A DNA stretch of 64,000 bases, taken from assembly GCA_000182565.2 (NCBI GenBank), contig KQ257465.1; one strand, given 5' to 3'. Positions 24,078-37,301 of this stretch are shown in pieces. The position numbers were made by a program, and so were the translations under genes. Source of the stretch: Spizellomyces punctatus DAOM BR117. Lineage: Eukaryota. The notes beneath the pieces were generated by a model. The model saw only the letters and a program-made list of their open reading frames with translations, made no database searches and was not told where the DNA came from. The first letter of the stretch is position 1, and each line of letters starts with the position of its first letter.

Positions 24078-24701
24078 TCAGCATGCTTCGTTACCGAGCA
24101 TTTCAAATTCCGACGAAGCGACCAGGTCTCCACGTCTTCAGTATGGTCATTAGTATACCAACCACGGAATCCATGCGTATCGAAAGGGCTTACCGCTGCT
24201 GTCGCCAGTATTCCACAACCAATTGTCCAGTTCCCATCCCCAAAACAACGGCAACAAACAGCTGGACACTGAACGACATTACCACCAACATTGTGAGGTA
24301 CTTGCATATGATATTGGCCACGTAAATCATTGATCGACATATGATAAACTTCCACGGTGAGACAGCGTGGTTCTTCCTGTATAATGTCTGATGCGATCCC
24401 GTAAAGTACTCATACGCGTAGGATGTTAAGCGCTCTGTCCAGCAGAGGAGAATAGTAAAGGATAGGGCAAAGAACAAGGTTGACGTCTGTCAGAAGTCGT
24501 CAGTGACAACTGGTGTGCGCTAGCGACGTCAAGTTCGCCATACCGAGCTTGATATGGTCAAGTTCTTGAAGAGCACTTGAACACCTGTCAAGTCTGAAAA
24601 GGGCCGATAACAGGGTTACTGAAATGTTACTAGTAAAATCGATCAGCGGGATTCCTCGAACCTGTAATAAAGTACGGCTGCCACCACATTTTCGAGTCCA
24701 T
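24078..24701 (-). CDS. Ctr-family copper transporter
   Basis: MxxxM-x12-GxxxG motif (MLVVM..GMGTG); three TM segments; spliced C-terminus ends in Cys; terminal exons inferred. Confidence 0.75.
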
Positions 24702-25018
24702 GGTTGAGTAATGTGGAGTGTTCAAGCCGTGGCAAGCAGCCGATCGGGCACTGAGGTAAGTACGTGATACAAGGTTGCACAACGCGTTACCATCTCAACC
24801 ATGACAGTGCCAAACTGGTAGCGAGATCTCCACTGTCTTCTGCAAGTTATCATACCAGCACCAAATGCCGCCATGACAGTACCACTCACGTAAGTCATGT
24901 TTCTGTTTCCGTCCCACATTCCAGCATACGACAGGAGTTCCGCTCCATGGCCATGCAGACCATCCTCTCACCATCCTTCCATGCAGCGACCGGGCGACCT
25001 TGTCAACCTGGCTGAAAA

Positions 25019-28000
25019 ATGAGCTTTCCCCAAACTCTCGAACTTTGTTGGAAAGCGAAGGATTTTGGACCCCTAGCGTTGATCTCAGCCAGATTTTTGA
25101 CTATCTCTCAAGAAGGCAGTCCGATCTATACTCCGCCGATTCGACTAGGCGACTGGCCCACGCGGAGGTTAGTAAATGATTGGTATTGGCAGGCTTTGAC
25201 AGAGGGTGAAAAGTCGGATAGTTGACTATGAGATTTGAGAACATCTGGTTTCTCTACGACACCGATAGTTGATAGTCACGTGATCATACTTGTCCTGACT
25301 CTTTCCCAGTTGAGCTGGGCTGCTCTAGGATGGGCTGATGCGGACAAACAAGACCTTTCCGTGGATATCAGAGAGTATCTTGAATCCTTGATATCAAGGC
25401 TCATCGAGGAAAGGCTAGATATTGAGGTGGATGACAACATTTTATGCGCGGTGTTTGGCACAGTGGGGCGGGCAGTACCCTTCATCAATCCGACACATCA
25501 TCAAGAGAAAATGGAAAAATGGTTCTCTCGCTTAGCCAACTGCGTGATGATGAAATCTTCGCAATCTTATTCACTGAACGTTATTTTAGCGATGCTTAAG
25601 GTATGTGATAAATAAATATTTTTGGGTACGGCTGCGTTCAACGTCATCGTGATTGACATCTCCCACCCATTCGCCTATGGAGTGTGTAGAGGTTATTTTG
25701 AGCTATATCGCTCGCATTGAACACAATTCATCATCGATGACACGATCCTTGACGACCATATGGGAGGTGATGAGTCGCCTTCGTCACAGCCAACCTTGGC
25801 AAATTCGTTCGATACTGGTACAATTGTTGGGCCCATATTGGAGACTAGAAGTACTGGCGGCGAACAATGAGGGGAAAGAGAAAGGTACGGTTTTCGGTTC
25901 CGGATGTCTCTTTAATGTGTGAACTAAGGAACTTGCAGATATTTATCAAATGTGGATGGACCTTATGCAAGATGGGGATGAAAACGTCCGTCTCGCTGTT
26001 CTAACAATGGTAGAGCAGCTTTGGAATGTGAGTAAACGGGTCGAACACCATTTGCGACTGTCGGTACCCTCTGACACGTCATTGATACAGATAGACAAGA
26101 AGCGCAATCGTGACGAAAAATGGATGGATTTGATCTTTATTCCATCAGACAACGGTTTGTTGTTACGCCACGCTGCGAAAATGGTAGTAGTCGCTTGCCA
26201 CGACCGCGGCTTTGACCTTTTCTTGTACATAAATCAGGTGAGTAGCAATTGAAATGTCATCGAGTTTTCATCCTTAGCAAAGATAGCGTGCTGATATCAG
26301 CTTTCAGTATATATCCACACTTGAAGATTTCTCAGAGAGTGAACTGCAGGTCCGGACCCACCCAAGGGATATTGCAAAGCTTCGAGCGATCGTCACGCAT
26401 TCGAATCTTCTGAAATCAGAGAGTTGGGCAGTGCGCCTTTTACGATTGACAGCAAAGCTCTTTGCAATTCGAAAATCGCACCCCGACCTACGGCCGTCAA
26501 TTAAGTACGACGTATTACTTTGCAAGGGGGACAGAATTCGAAGGGAAGCTTACATCGCACCATAACAGACAACTTGCATACGATGTCGCCATGGTCCTTC
26601 CACGTCAAATCCTCAATTATATTCAGTGGTCCATGCTGAGAGACGACGAAGACGACGACTCGCTGGTGAATATTCTAACCCACTTGCCCGAATTATACCG
26701 CGCTTTACTAATGCGACTCATGTAGGTCATGGAGCTGTTCACCCAGTTGCATAGTCTGCGTGTACCTGCGCAGATCGGGCAACAGCTCCTGTGCACCGTC
26801 GACATACCGACAGATAACCCTCGATCCATGTCGACGGATCAGCTGTTGGCAAATCTAGCACACATGTTGGCAGTCCCACCTCTTTTTGCCAATAATATGG
26901 ATGACGGTAAGTACAGTTCACTTTCATGTTCCTTAACACTGTCTTAGATAATCCTTTCAATGCTGTATAGATCCCAGTACGGAGACCTTGACGATGGCAG
27001 ACAAGTTTCGACGCCGATCACAGCTGTTCTTTGAATTCATCCATGTTGTCATTAGTGGCCTCACTGCTGAAGATCAGGATGCAGAGGTAGGTTGGGAGAT
27101 ATCTCAAGCATGGTACCTATATCGCGTCATTTATGCTTCTGTCGTCAGCGTTTAAGTGATAAAACCATGTACCACCTCCTTGTAAGCTGCGCTACATTTC
27201 TTGGGGATGAACGAAAACGTTGGTGCGATGAGGCATCACATCGAGCGGCCGAAGGTCAGTAGCTAATGCTTTGTTGCCGCTAAAACAGACACTGAAGTGC
27301 AGCGACGTTGACAGCGACGCTTTCATGTCTGCTTTCTTATGCGAAAAAGACCGACTCTAGAATTCAGCGCATTCCACATTTGGTCAATCGTTACTCTGAA
27401 CGGATCCTGGAAGAACATATCAAACCGTACTTTAGGCATGCAAAGGTGGATGATACTGGTCATCGGGTAATAGTCAAAAAAGGAACCCGGCAACCGGAGG
27501 ACGAGTTAGGACGATACTATGATCAGCAGCCTTGGAAAGTGGAAAAGGTGGAGTGCGTAGAAATCTTGTCGTGGACAATATTGCAGTTGGAGGTAATACC
27601 AAATTCTTCATTCCATGTTTCGTTTTATAGCCGACTTACGCGCAGCCGCTTTTTAGCATGGGCAATTCGGCCCTCTGCAGCACCATATATTTCCTGCATT
27701 GTTGCAGTTACTTGATGACTACGATCCGATCTATAAGGCGATCGGTGTTCGGCTGATCCAACACGCTATTGTTGAGAATTCGACGCCGATGGATATACGG
27801 CGAACCGGACTTGGGGACGTATTTTTTGAGGTAACTTGGCGATTGACCAGTTTCGCTAGTATAAACAGGATGCTAATAAACCGATCTGGATAATGCGAGC
27901 AGTCGCTGCTTCCATGTTTGACATATCATAGCGATCAGCCCCTTCTCTTCGCCGCTATTACATGTATTGTCGATATCATTCCTGTGATTGAAGTGAAAGA

Positions 28001-28819
28001 TTCTGAGGTGTACCATGACAAGTTGGGAAAATTGGTGGAAGACGGCATATTGCGGAACCTGACCTTTGCTATCGGAGGTAATTTTATGGTTATACGTGTA
28101 AGTATCCTCCGATCCATTTGATAAGGTTCCCACAGCACTGATTCTTGTCATTATGCGGGTAGGCACTAATTCGTACGATCCCGAAACTCGTTAGCTTGTT
28201 GGACGTTGTAGGCATAAGATTCCTGCAGGTGGGTTCTGCGTGGTCGCGTATTTGGTCTGGGTAAATCTGACAGCGTCATTCCCAGCCGCTGCTTGGTATC
28301 TCATGTGAGATCTTGGAACTACATCAGCACGATGTAACAACCCAACTCGCCGCTTGTGATGCCATCATGGCTTTAATGCGACAGTATTGGCCGCGGTTAG
28401 TAAGATTTCGTTCTAAGCTTGTCGCAGTAGCTTATGATTTAATGAGGCCCTACCCAACAGAATTCATGCGTATCGTGGCTTGATCTTGAAATCAGCTGCA
28501 CATGCGTGGCGAGGCATTATGCGCGGAGAAAAAGGCCGAAATGATGTGGAAAACCAAGGTATTATGGAACCCAGCGGTCTTCTGCAGGATACGCTGACTC
28601 AATTGCTGTCGTTAGATCTGCGTGAAGCTCTGAAAGGGATATGCACGCTTTTAAGAGAGATTTGCCGGGAGTTGGTAGAGGTACGTCGTCCTAGTGCCTG
28701 TTTTCCCTTCTCGCGCATCCCTCTAACATCTTTTTTACTTGATTTTCTTCCTTCAGGCTGACTTCAAATTGTTATTGCATATGGATCGCGAAATGTATGG
28801 AAGCTTGGTTGGGCATTAA
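25019..28819 (+). CDS. TTI2: Tti2-domain protein (TTT complex) with long helical N-terminal extension, many exons
   Basis: C-terminal LLDDYDPIYKAIGV, RRTGLGDVFFE, WPRIHAYRGLILK; upstream exons can be spliced in frame to it. Confidence 0.7.
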
Positions 28820-28864
28820 GGTTGTTCTTGTATAGTATGGTTCCTTTCATTCTTTTGGTCCTGC

Positions 28865-29066
28865 ACTGATGATTGTAAATATATTAAATATCATTCCAAC
28901 CTTGAGAATTTGGACTTGCATTGTTTGACCATGTATGTAGAAGCGAGGCGGCCGATGTGTCAAGTACTGATGATTGTAAATATATTAAATATCATTCCAA
29001 CCCTAAGAATTTGGACTTACATTGTTTGAGTATGTATGAAGAAGCGAGGCGGCCAACGTGTCAAGT
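28865..29066. repeat. Tandem duplication, 2 x 101 bp (8 mismatches)
   Basis: 28865-28965 and 28966-29066 both read actgatgattgtaaatatattaaatatcattccaacc...gaagcgaggcggcc..gtgtcaagt. Confidence 0.95.
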
Positions 29067-29308
29067 TCGTTTACGTCATGTCTAAATTGCAACTTGCGAT
29101 CACATGGAAGTTCAAGCCTGCCATTGTAAAGGCACTTTTACCAGTCTTTCAGTACCACGCTTGGTTCATCCAAGAATATATATGACGGGAGCGGGGGCAG
29201 GAAGAAGATAGGAGTTGCAACGATGACATAGGCCACTGTCGACTTCCACTGGAGTGAGGTATGTCTATTCGGTTATAGGTTCATTTCACTATGCTATATT
29301 ACCCTAAC

Positions 29309-31756
29309 CTACTCAAAGGCAGTCTCTAATTTACCGAACATTAATGCAACCTCTTCGAGGCTCATAGTACCAAGATTTGTCCCATCCCGCCTTCGTACAG
29401 TAACCTGTTTCGATGCCCTTTCCCTTTCTCCGGCCACCAACATGAAATTATATTGCGCCTTTTGTGCCTCCCGAATTCGCTTTGCAAGCGAATGATCTGT
29501 TTCGTCCACGTCCACGTACCAAAACCGTTTATTACCGGCAGATATGTCAACACCACGTCCGCTCAACTCTTGACAAACACTTCGCGCGTAATCCTGGTAC
29601 TCCATTCCAACAGGAATGACAATCGCTTGTCGAGGACTTAACCAAAACGGCCATTTCCCGGCATAATGCTCAATCAAAATTGCCATCATACGTTCTATAC
29701 TTCCCAGAATAGCGCGATGCACGATGACAGGGGGATGAAACCCCCCGTCCTCTGCCTGGTACTTCAACCCAAACCGCTGCGGTAATTGGAAGTCAAGTTG
29801 AATGGTAGCGGTTTGATGAGCACGGCCCATGGCGTCGTTCACCATTATGTCGATCTTAGGCCCGTAAAACGCTCCGTCCCCCTCCTTTATCGTCCAGTCG
29901 CGTCCAGTGGCATTGAGAGCAGTCCGCAATTGATTCTCTGCATCCTCCCATTGGGAAATAGTGCCAATGTAATTTTGGGCGGGTCGTGTGGAAAGTGTTA
30001 ATTCGTAGGAAGGGAAATTGAAAATTTTGTATACGCGATCAATGAACTGAAGAGTGGATATGATTTCGGAGGTTATTTGGGCCGGAGTGCAAAATATGTG
30101 TGCATCATCTTGGTGAAATTTGCGCACACGCGTTAGACCAGTCAAAGCTCCCGAAGCTTCGTTTCTACGACAACCAAAGCATTAAGCACCAGCTATGATC
30201 TTTCACTTCTACACATCGTTCAGAAACTTACCTATGCAGGGGGCTGAATTCCGCTAGTCTCACCGGCAACTCGCGATACGATTTGGCCGTGTTGGCAAAG
30301 AGCAAACAATGTCCCGGGCAGTTCATCGGCTTTAGTCCGTGGATTTCTTCGTGCTCTCCCTCGGTTTGACCGTCCCCACATGTATGGCCCCCACCAACCA
30401 CAAACATATCCTCCTTATAATTCTCCCAATGCCCAGACGTAACCCACAAGTCTTTGTTGAACAGTAACGGTGTCACAACTTCTTCATAGCCAAATCGTCT
30501 GTATTCGCCTCTTAGGAAATCCATAAGCCGCTGTACTATTCTTGTACCGTGCGGTAACATGAAAGGAGATCCAGGTGCTAGAGAATTTACACTGAATAAG
30601 CCTTGCTTCTTCGCTATGAGACGATGATCCCGCTTCGCTGCATCCTCCTGGGCTATTTGCCATGCCCGAAGCTTCTCAACATTCGAAAAGGCAATTCCGT
30701 AGATGCGAGAAAGAGGTTGATGTTTCGATCCCTGTGATGCATCCCACTGTGCACCGCCTGTTCGCAAAAGTTTATGTGCACGTAAATAGCCGGTATGTGG
30801 GACATGAGGACCGCGACATAGATCAATGAAGTCGCCACAGCGATATAAGGTTACCGACTCAGTCGGTGGGATACGGGAAAGGAATTGAAGCTTGAAAGGA
30901 TTGTATCGAAACATGTGTTCCGCAACAGATCGCGAAACGACCAGCCGCTGAAACGGTGCTTTTTTCTTGGCGAATGCTTTCATTGTTATTTCCAAATCTC
31001 GTACATCTGCGTCGGTGACGTTATACAGTTGTCCATCAGGCTGCACAAGTTGAGGAATTTCATCCATGCCCGTGTCCTCGCCGCTCAACCCTCTTCTTAC
31101 CAAACCATCATAGTAAAATCCTCCAGATTTCAACGAGGGACCATCGCATAACAACAATTCGTCTCCAAACTGTTTCTCCAGAGCCCATCCCAATAAGTGT
31201 GCCGAAGAATGCCATAATGTCGTATGGGCTAACTCAGAGTCGGAATGTGTAGGAATTAATTGGAGTGTACAGCTTGCTTCGATGGGGCGGCTGAGGTCCC
31301 ATGGATGAGCCTTATTGAGCACTGCCAGAAGGTGAGAGTCGGACGCATAGCCTACGTCTGAAACAGCTAATATAGTTGAAATCAGTTGAGACTTAGGCAT
31401 TCGTGGGAGGAAGCGATCCTAGCGCAAGTTTGACCACCTTTCAGAACATCCAGCGGTGTCAGCACACCAGCGATTCCTGTAACCATCTTTTTTCCCTCAA
31501 CGTGCACTTCAATATCAACAGACTTCTCCGTGAACTTGTCCTTTCGGACTTCCTCGTCCCAAATGGCGAGTCGCTGCTGTACATAACTGCTTGCCAAACC
31601 TAAGTAGTCGAAGTTGCAGGTATTACGTTATCGAGACCAGTGTTCGAATGGGAGCATTTACGCACGTAGCAGAGGATAAACTCTAACGGGAAGATTGCTA
31701 TGACTGACTGGTCTACGCAGGCCAAAGCCTAGACGTGTAACAGTAAGCCGTTTCAT
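29309..31756 (-). CDS. TARS2: Mitochondrial threonyl-tRNA synthetase
   Basis: Presequence MKRLTVTRLGFGLRR; HSSAHLLG, DLCRGPH, KPMNCPGHC, GAFYGPKID, TIQLDFQLP, HRAILGS, WPFWLSPRQ. Confidence 0.93.
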
Positions 31757-31892
31757 TTGCAGGTTGCAGATCCATGCCTGTAAATTGCGGGAGGATGGGC
31801 ATCCTACATCTTGTTGCCATGGTTGTGTCTCATGTAAGCGACTCCGCCTGTATTACCCTACCACCAATAAACAATTCAATTCCATCAGCCTT

Positions 31893-34154
31893 TTAAATTG
31901 TTGAGTCGAACCCCTCAGGGTCTTTGGCCGCATCTTTTACTCCACCAGTACCGTGCAACGAAGGTAGTCCTCCCGCGCGGTCCTTTGCAGCATCTCTTTC
32001 CAATATCTTCTTTGTTTTTCGCGTGTATTGTCTCACGGCGGAATCTTGAGCTATTCCCGCAGCTTGATATGCGTGATCACGCTCATGCTCCTCATAGCCG
32101 CGCGGCTCCTGATTATCGATAGCTGCTTCATCCACGACCACATAGCGGATGTTCGTACCAGGATATTCATAGAGTGCATGCTGTAATATATTTTCCTAAC
32201 GTACAGCAAACGATTAGCATGAGATTGATTTTTGAGATAAAGCATCGAAAGTTTTCGCCAGTACCATGATCCTTCGGAGCCCTCTAGCACCAGTCTTTTT
32301 TGTCACGGCTATCTCGGCAATCTTGTGCAGCGCTTTTGAATGGAACAAGAGTTCCATCTACAGCACAAGGCCACTTTAAAATCATCTAGAAAAAAAATGT
32401 CGTTTCCCATACTGGAACTCACGTTGCTGCATCGGAAGATCCCCTGAAATTGTCTGGTCAAAGCATTCTTTGGTTCAACCAAGATGCGCACCAGCTCTTC
32501 AGCACCGAGAGGATTAGCGCTCGCCATTACAGGGAGTCTACCTGCATAATTGTTAATAATAGATCCCGACTTCAATCAGGACAATGACAACGCATTTTCC
32601 ATACCAACGAACTCTGGTATGAAACCATACTTGATTAAATCCTCTGGTTCGGCGTACTGTAAGGCATTTAATACCACGGGACTAGACTCCTCCTTCCCCA
32701 CATGCGCTCCAAAGCCGATCGACTACGCGGAGAAGAGAAGTTGTCATGTAAGCGTGGCATCCCCCAGATGGTAACCTCACTCCACCTACCCCCTTTGCTC
32801 CCACCCTATCCTGTACAATCTTATCCAAACCGACAAACGCGCCGGAACAGACGAACAAAATATTTGAGGTATCGATCGAGTACACCTCCCCTCCTTGCGC
32901 TGTATTTCGCTTCGCACTACTGGCTCCCGGCTTCACAGTTACATTCACAACCGTCCCCTCTAACATTCGGAGTAGCCCTTGTTGAACACCCTCGCCTGAT
33001 ACGTCCCTTTGATTTGGATTCGCTGAATCTGTTCGTCTGGCAATCTTGCTATATCCCGAAGAAACATGAAATCAGGAACTGGCGGTGTGGGTTTCGGCAC
33101 ATCCAGAAGAACATACTCTATCTCATCAATGAAGACAATTCCTCGCTGTGCTCTAGCCACATCAAAGTCCGCGTTTTGCAATAACCTGTATATGCACACT
33201 TCCACATCTTCTCCTACATAGCCCGACTGCGTAAACGGGGTCGCATCGTTCATAGAAAATGGAACGTCAAGGACTTTGGCAATGGTACGAGCGATGAGGG
33301 TTTTCCCTGTACATGTCAGGTTAATACCAAAGAAAAACCTGCAGCGCTGTTTTGATAAACATACCTGACCCAGTTGGCCCAATAAGCAACACATTGCTCT
33401 TGTCGATCAAGACGCGTTCGTCCGGGTCGGATATCATTCGCTTGATCTGTTTTGGATTTGGGTTGAACCGTGCTTCTGAAGCTGGTACATTAGTCACAGT
33501 TGGACTCTCTGAGGAGTAGATATGCGTCTACTCCAATCACTGTTACCCACCTTCTCGTGGATCTTCGGATTGTGGTTGGACCATATTCGTCCGAACTCGA
33601 GCATGATGATTGTAAATAGCCACGGCAAGTGTTCGTTTCAGCTTATCTTGACCAATGACATAGTCGTCGAGATATCTTCGTATCTATGAAGAAGTAGAAA
33701 AGCTCAATCTCAATGTCCTCAACGCATCTTACAAGCTGTCCAAGTGTACCTCCATTGGGGTTGGAATAGCGGACTCTCCGCTGGCGTGTCCCTGCTCCGT
33801 ATCCTCTTCCACCAACATCTGCGCCTGGGCCCCACTTAGTTGACTTCTAATACTATAAGAGGACCTTGGTGCATGCGCCTGCAACAGCGGATCGACTTCT
33901 GCGGTCACTGGCCGCGCTGGTCTGATTCGCGCTTCAAGCCTTCCCGAGCGTCCTGAAAGGGGCAGCTCCTGCATGTGGCGACCTGATGGTACTGGCTCCC
34001 CTCTCTCACCTCCGCATGCATTACCATCTGTCCCCGACACATTGGATAATCTTCTTTGCCACCCTCCTCTGGCTATATTAAAGGATTGGCGACGCATGGC
34101 TCCCGTGGGGTTTACAGCAACCGCTGCGTGACGAGGGATTGAGGAAACACGCAT
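31893..34154 (-). CDS. CLPX: Mitochondrial ClpX AAA+ unfoldase
   Basis: [44 protein letters not shown] loop, GARGLR. Confidence 0.92.
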
Positions 34155-34548
34155 GGTGCCAAACGTCCAATAGAAGGGAACAGGTTGTCAGCAGGCCGAG
34201 CTTTCAGAACTTTCAGAAAGTGGTCTTGTCTTTTTCGAAAGAGACTGCAGCTCCAAACGTGAACAATACGGCTGGGTTCTGTAAAAAACCCTGGTCTTGG
34301 AGAGCTTTTTCCAAAGAATAAGGTAGGAAGGCCCGGCGGGTACCGATGCTGAAGATGAGTAGAGTAGGGCTGGGAGTGCGTCGCAAGAGTTCAACAAACA
34401 GAGTGCAATAAAATGAGTCGGCTGGCGGTTTGCTACCATCAATTCATCACGCAATTGCAATCCCTTGATGCGTGACTAAGTCCATGACTCAACTTGGCAC
34501 AAACTCATGCACAAGTTGAACTTTCGTACAGCGAGACGCCCGACCAAG

Positions 34549-37301
34549 ATGCCCGTCCAGTTGTCCCCTCAGCACCAGGAAATCTATTTGCAGTATCTAA
34601 GTGCAAAGGAAAAGCAGAGTCCTTCCGAAGTGCCATTCAAGTATCTATATGAAGCCCGTAAACATTTGGTTCGTGCATCGCTCCCAAGTCCACCATGACA
34701 ATGGAGCAGTAAAGCTGACGGTCAAAAGGGGGCTATAGTACAAGCTGAAAAATGAGCTGGAAAAGGAAGAAGAGTCTGGATCCAATTACTCAAAGGAACA
34801 GCAGGTAATCGGCTTGACACCGGAGTAAAAATAGATAAACCTGACGCTATCTCCCTATTACAGCGTCTATTACTCGCTGTCTTTGACTACCTATTGGGCA
34901 TAAACCACATAGATAGCGAGGAGCTATCCCCGGGTGAAAAGGCACTCACAGCTAGGTAAGCAGTTAAACGCGTGAAAGAATGCAATATACACTATCGGCC
35001 TCATCCATAATACACAAATCTTAGCTTGGAGGTTCTTAGACCACATGCTGTCCAACCTCTATACTGTTCAATAGTCTTAAACACACTCAATCAGCTGGGA
35101 ATTCTCTGGGCAAATTGGTCGTGAGTCTTCCTTCGAAATCCATGGACAACCAAGCACACCCAGTGACATCGTTCTTAGGGATGCACGTCGTGCGGCAACT
35201 TTCTTGGAAAAAGCGGAAGAATTGTATCACGCTTATGCAAAGGCTGTTAAAGAGCCCCCAGTACCAAAGTAAGGCGCGAAGCTGCTGTTATGCGACCGCT
35301 GCAGGAATTTATATTTGATAGTCCATTCGATGTAGCGATCACTCTCACTCCAACAGAGTGCTGGGATGAACTTGACAATCTGCACACGCACAGTTTATAC
35401 TATTTGGCGCAGGTTTATGGATCTCTGGGTCTGAAGGATAAGGCAAGAATGTGCAGTCATGAGTACCTAATGGCGCACTCGCTAACTGCGCTTTGGTTGC
35501 AGTCTGCCGAGTACTGTCGGATGACGTTGATGCGGCAGCTTGGACGCAAAGACCTGAATCAATTGGTTGGTAGAAAACACGAATCTACCAGGAATTGTTC
35601 GCAGGCACTTACTTGACACACTCCAGACTTGGGCATTGGACTGCATGACATTGTCTCAATATTATACATCAATTGGTGCCTTCCCTTTTGCTCATCATTG
35701 CTTGAGTAAGTATCTGTCGAGACACACTAGTCTCACCTATAAGAGCCTACTGAATCCCATATCTCTTGTGAAGCGGCTGCTGAATCTATGCTTTGGAGCA
35801 TGAGTGGCGATGGTGTGTCGCTTGATTCGACGGAACAAGCAAGATCTTTCCAGCGAGCAAAGGCAGATTTATCGTAAGAACTAGAAGGGACGTGTTTGAC
35901 GCATACCGTCTCAGTAACCTTGTTTTGCGGCATTAGATGGATATGGGGAAAGTTCTACCTCAATGCCTTGGAGGTGTCGGCGTAAGTTCTTGGGATTCCG
36001 CTGAGAGTAGATCGATTTCAGCTGAGAAACAGCCCACCGCTGCTTTTTATCAGCGAACGTCACGTTGAATCTGACACCACAATTGAATCCTCGCTCTCGT
36101 AAGTGACTGCTTGTATCGCTCGGTTGACTGTCTTGCTGATCTGGTTGCCAGTATGAGCTTATGTGGCATGCCCCTTTTCGACATCCAGCGGCCTGCCACG
36201 CAACCAGTACGACCGGTAGTTCCATCCGCTTTTGCACAAAGTTATACCGAAGCACAGCCATTGTTTCTTGAAGGTTTGCGCTGTCTTGAAGAGGCGAAAA
36301 AGTTCTTCGTTATCGATGGGTTTGTGACGGATCATGTGGGAATAGTGAAGGTACATTCCTTCCTTAACAGAGAGTGCCCTTTAGATTAATCCTAAAACCC
36401 TACAGGACATGTCTCAACTGTACAAGCACCTTGGCGCTTTCGAGTCAGATCCTGTACGCCGAAGGTACACACATGCATCGCTCCCCTTCTCTTAACTCGT
36501 CTGATGTATTGGCACAGCGCACTCACCCAGCGCTGTGCCCTGCTGCTTACACCCCTTCTGGAGTCGTTGAATCCCGCTCATTTTCTGGACCTTGTGCAAA
36601 GCGTTACCTACGAGCTTAGCACGACATACGAAGCGCTAGTGGACAGCCGACTTGCTGTATTTGAGAATGTAGCTGAAGGATTACCGTACAAGGAGCGAAT
36701 CGAGAAAGCGATAGATATCAATAAGTTGTGAGTATTCATTTTCAAAATGTGAAAGGACTTATTGACTCGCCTTCGGGCCTTGCTCACCGATGAATCAGAA
36801 TTGAGAAAACCATACAGTACTCCACGGCTTTCATCACTCTATATGCGGATCCACAAACTAAACTTCTACCAGAACCTTTTGACGATGCAGACGATGCGGT
36901 ATGTAGTCTACTTCCTCACGACATTGGTCTGTCGTTTTCTAGAGATCATTTGTATTATTACAGCGTGCTGTTATGACCGCGACATGGCGCATGGCACGGC
37001 TCTGGGCGCGTAAGATCCCGGTTCCGGAAAGCGAAGCGGAAGCTGATGAAAATCATCTGAGGGGTCTTAAAGCTACATATCTCAGGAACAGGTAAGTGTT
37101 CCTGGGCTGTATCTTCGTGGACTTACGGGGTAAATGACTGTCTCTGTTCACGTTTACAACAGCTTGGTCGCATACACCCAAATCACAGCGTACTATACAC
37201 AGTTTGGCATATCTGGGTTTGAAGACGAGATGGAAGTCATTAAAGCCATGTGTGACTTGCTACCGCGGCACATCTCTGAGGTTGAAAAGCCAGTGTCATG
37301 A
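34549..37301 (+). CDS. KIFBP: Kinesin-binding protein (KBP/KIAA1279 family), many exons
   Basis: PFKYLYEAR, DSEELSPGE, LNQLGILW, HTHSLYYLAQVY..SAEYC..TL.RQL, DGFVTDHV, MCDLLP. Confidence 0.85.

Noticed and set aside
26907-26970. U12-like branch sequence TTCCTTAAC in a TTI2 intron
   Set aside because: The donor is GTAAGT (U2 type); no GTATCCTT or ATATCCTT donor
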